Part shown: in pieces, positions 21,232 through 22,685 of the stretch
Numbering within the stretch: the stretch's first letter is position 1
Layout: every line of letters begins with the position of its first letter
DNA from: a virus
Taxonomy: Duplodnaviria > Heunggongvirae > Uroviricota > Caudoviricetes
Virus record (IMG/VR): IMGVR_UViG_2734482779_000007
Length of the DNA stretch: 22,685 nt
Reading direction: 5' to 3' (one strand)
Position numbers and translations under genes: made by a program
Notes under the pieces: generated by a model
What the model was told of the DNA's origin: nothing
Seen by the model: the letters and a program-made list of their open reading frames with translations, nothing else
Databases searched by the model: none

Positions 21232-21326
21232 GTGATAATCTCCCTGTTTGGGGTATTTCTTGCGACGGATGCCCCAAATCAAACTCATTTGTATAAACAT
21301 TAATACAGACGTTGGAGAATTGCAAC
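21232..21326. promoter_or_regulatory. Immunity switch region (divergent Pe/Pc promoters and candidate operator)
   Basis: 95-bp gap between cox and C. Inverted repeat TTTGGGGTAT (21247-21256) / ATGCCCCAAA (21269-21278), 9 of 10 complementary, 12-bp spacer. Candidate minus-strand promoter TTGCAA (21320-21325) -17 nt- TAATGT (plus 21297-21302). Confidence 0.45.
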
Positions 21327-21629
21327 ATGCGTATGACTATTGGAGAGCGCATAAAAATCATGCGTGAAAGCGAGAGACTTACTAGCCTCCCGGATACAGC
21401 AAAAATGCTTGGTTTAAACCGTGATGCTCTGTGGAGATATGAAAGCGGTAAAACTATCCCTAATGCTGAAGTAATTGAGCAAATACTAAACAACCCCAGA
21501 TTTGAGAAATATGCGTTGTGGTTTATGACTGGAAAAATTGCGCCTGAATCCGGGCAGATAGCTCCGGCTCTCGCACACTATGGGCAAGAGCCAACGGACT
21601 TACCCCCATCCGAAAGGAAAATTGGTTAA
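21327..21629 (+). CDS. C: Immunity repressor C (P2 C-like)
   Basis: ORF track starts at TTG 21312; ATG at 21327 follows GGAG. MRMTIGERIKIMRESERLTSLPDTAKMLGLNRDALWRYESGKTIPNAEVIEQILNNPRFEKYALWFMTGKIAPESGQIAPALAHYGQE matches P2 C (...LWFMTNQIAPESGQIAPALAHFGQ...). Confidence 0.85.
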   Translation: MRMTIGERIKIMRESERLTSLPDTAKMLGLNRDALWRYESGKTIPNAEVIEQILNNPRFEKYALWFMTGKIAPESGQIAPALAHYGQEPTDLPPSERKIG

Positions 21630-21695
21630 CCCTTTATTATTCTTACGTTTTACAAACTGGAAATGTCTTTCCTCGTTTCACCGGAGGGCTTGCCA

Positions 21696-22685
21696 ATGGC
21701 AATTAAAGCGCTCGATGGTGGACGGTATAAAGTGGATGTTAGACCGCGTGGCCGAAGTGGACGTCGGATTCAGCGGATTTTTAAGAAAAAGGCAGATGCA
21801 GTGGCCTTTGAGCGTTATGTTCTCAGCCACATGCACGATAAGGAATGGCTTGAAAAGCCAACAGAGCAACGTCATCTCTCAGATCTGCTTCCGTTATGGT
21901 GGGAATTGGGTGGACGCAATAAGCCATATGCTAACGGCGTTCTAACCAGGTTGAAAAAAATCATCAAAGAAATGAATGATCCAAGAGTTAGCCAGATTAA
22001 TGCTCGTTTCATGGCCGCTTATCGAAGCTCCCGTTTATCCTTGGGAGTAAAAGAGTCTACTGTTCGGCGTGATGAGTCGGATCTCGGAGGAATGTTTACA
22101 CTCCTGGCAAATGCCGGGGAATTTCACGGAGAAAATCCGCTCCGCGCCCTCCCCTCTTTGAAACGAAAATCCCCCGAAATGACGTATCTCACCACGGAAG
22201 AAATCGCCAAATTACTGGATGCAGTAAGCGGTGATGCCCGGCGGATTACGCTACTTTGTCTCAGTACTGGTGCGAGATGGGGAGAAGCGAAAAATCTGCG
22301 CGCGGAACACATCATCAATAACCGCGTGACGTTTAACAAAACTAAAAACGGAAAAGTTCGAATTATTCCTGTCTCTGATGAAGTTGTTAGTGAGATCAAA
22401 ACAAAGAAATCCGGCCTTTTGTTTGACGTCAATTATGAGGAATATCGCAAGGTGCTTCGCAGTGTTAAGCCTGACCTACCGAAAGGACAGGCTGTACATG
22501 TTCTACGCCATACCTTTGCAGCTCACTTTATGATTAATGGAGGAAATATACTTACGCTCCAGCGAATTATGGGGCACGCCACGATCCAGCAAACTATGAC
22601 CTATGCGCACCTCGCTCCTGATTTCCTCCAGGATGCAATTTCACTTAATCCGTTAAAAGGAGGTATCCACATTTCATCCACATAA
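21696..22685 (+). CDS. int: Tyrosine integrase (P2 Int-like)
   Basis: ORF track 21663..22685; ATG at 21696 follows GGAGGG and gives MAIKALDGGRYKVDVRPRGRSGRRIQRIFKKKADAVAFERY... matching P2 Int MAIKKLDDGRYEVDIRPTGRNGKRIRRKF. C-terminal catalytic motifs LCLSTGARWGEA, HVLRHTFAAHFMINGG, LGHATIQQTMTYAH. Stop TAA is the last three bases of the window. Confidence 0.9.
   Translation: MAIKALDGGRYKVDVRPRGRSGRRIQRIFKKKADAVAFERYVLSHMHDKEWLEKPTEQRHLSDLLPLWWELGGRNKPYANGVLTRLKKIIKEMNDPRVSQINARFMAAYRSSRLSLGVKESTVRRDESDLGGMFTLLANAGEFHGENPLRALPSLKRKSPEMTYLTTEEIAKLLDAVSGDARRITLLCLSTGARWGEAKNLRAEHIINNRVTFNKTKNGKVRIIPVSDEVVSEIKTKKSGLLFDVNYEEYRKVLRSVKPDLPKGQAVHVLRHTFAAHFMINGGNILTLQRIMGHATIQQTMTYAHLAPDFLQDAISLNPLKGGIHISST

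Noticed and set aside
1-22685. CRISPR arrays, insertion sequences, rRNA or tRNA genes
   Set aside because: No regularly spaced direct repeats with unique spacers, no transposase-like ORF or terminal inverted repeats flanking a gene, and no rRNA/tRNA signatures were seen; the only repeat families are the short regulatory-type motifs reported above.

Overview
The whole window lies inside a P2-like (Peduovirus-type) temperate prophage of an enterobacterial host, reversed relative to the standard P2 map. Calls rest on protein similarity recalled from memory plus codon-level reading of the sequence; no database search was run. Minus strand, 1-9482: tail fibre H (3' end cut by the window start), baseplate I-J-W-V, tail completion S-R, lysis cassette (overlapping spanins lysC/lysB, M15 endolysin, holin), X, L, M, N, O, mostly joined by ATGA/GTGA stop-start overlaps. 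Plus strand, 9637-12434: terminase ATPase P and portal Q. Then a 490-bp palindrome-rich gap expected to hold cos, and four small minus-strand ORFs where P2 carries tin/old, including a ParM-like N-terminal remnant. Then replication initiator A and an early operon running from cox down to A. That operon carries the most interesting cargo: a four-gene, translationally coupled cassette ending in an SPFH/Band-7 lipoprotein, followed by a highly structured 370-bp non-coding region. The window ends with Cox, the C repressor and the integrase, whose stop codon is the last base, so att sites are outside. No tRNA, rRNA, CRISPR array, transposase, reverse transcriptase, or old/tin homologue was seen.
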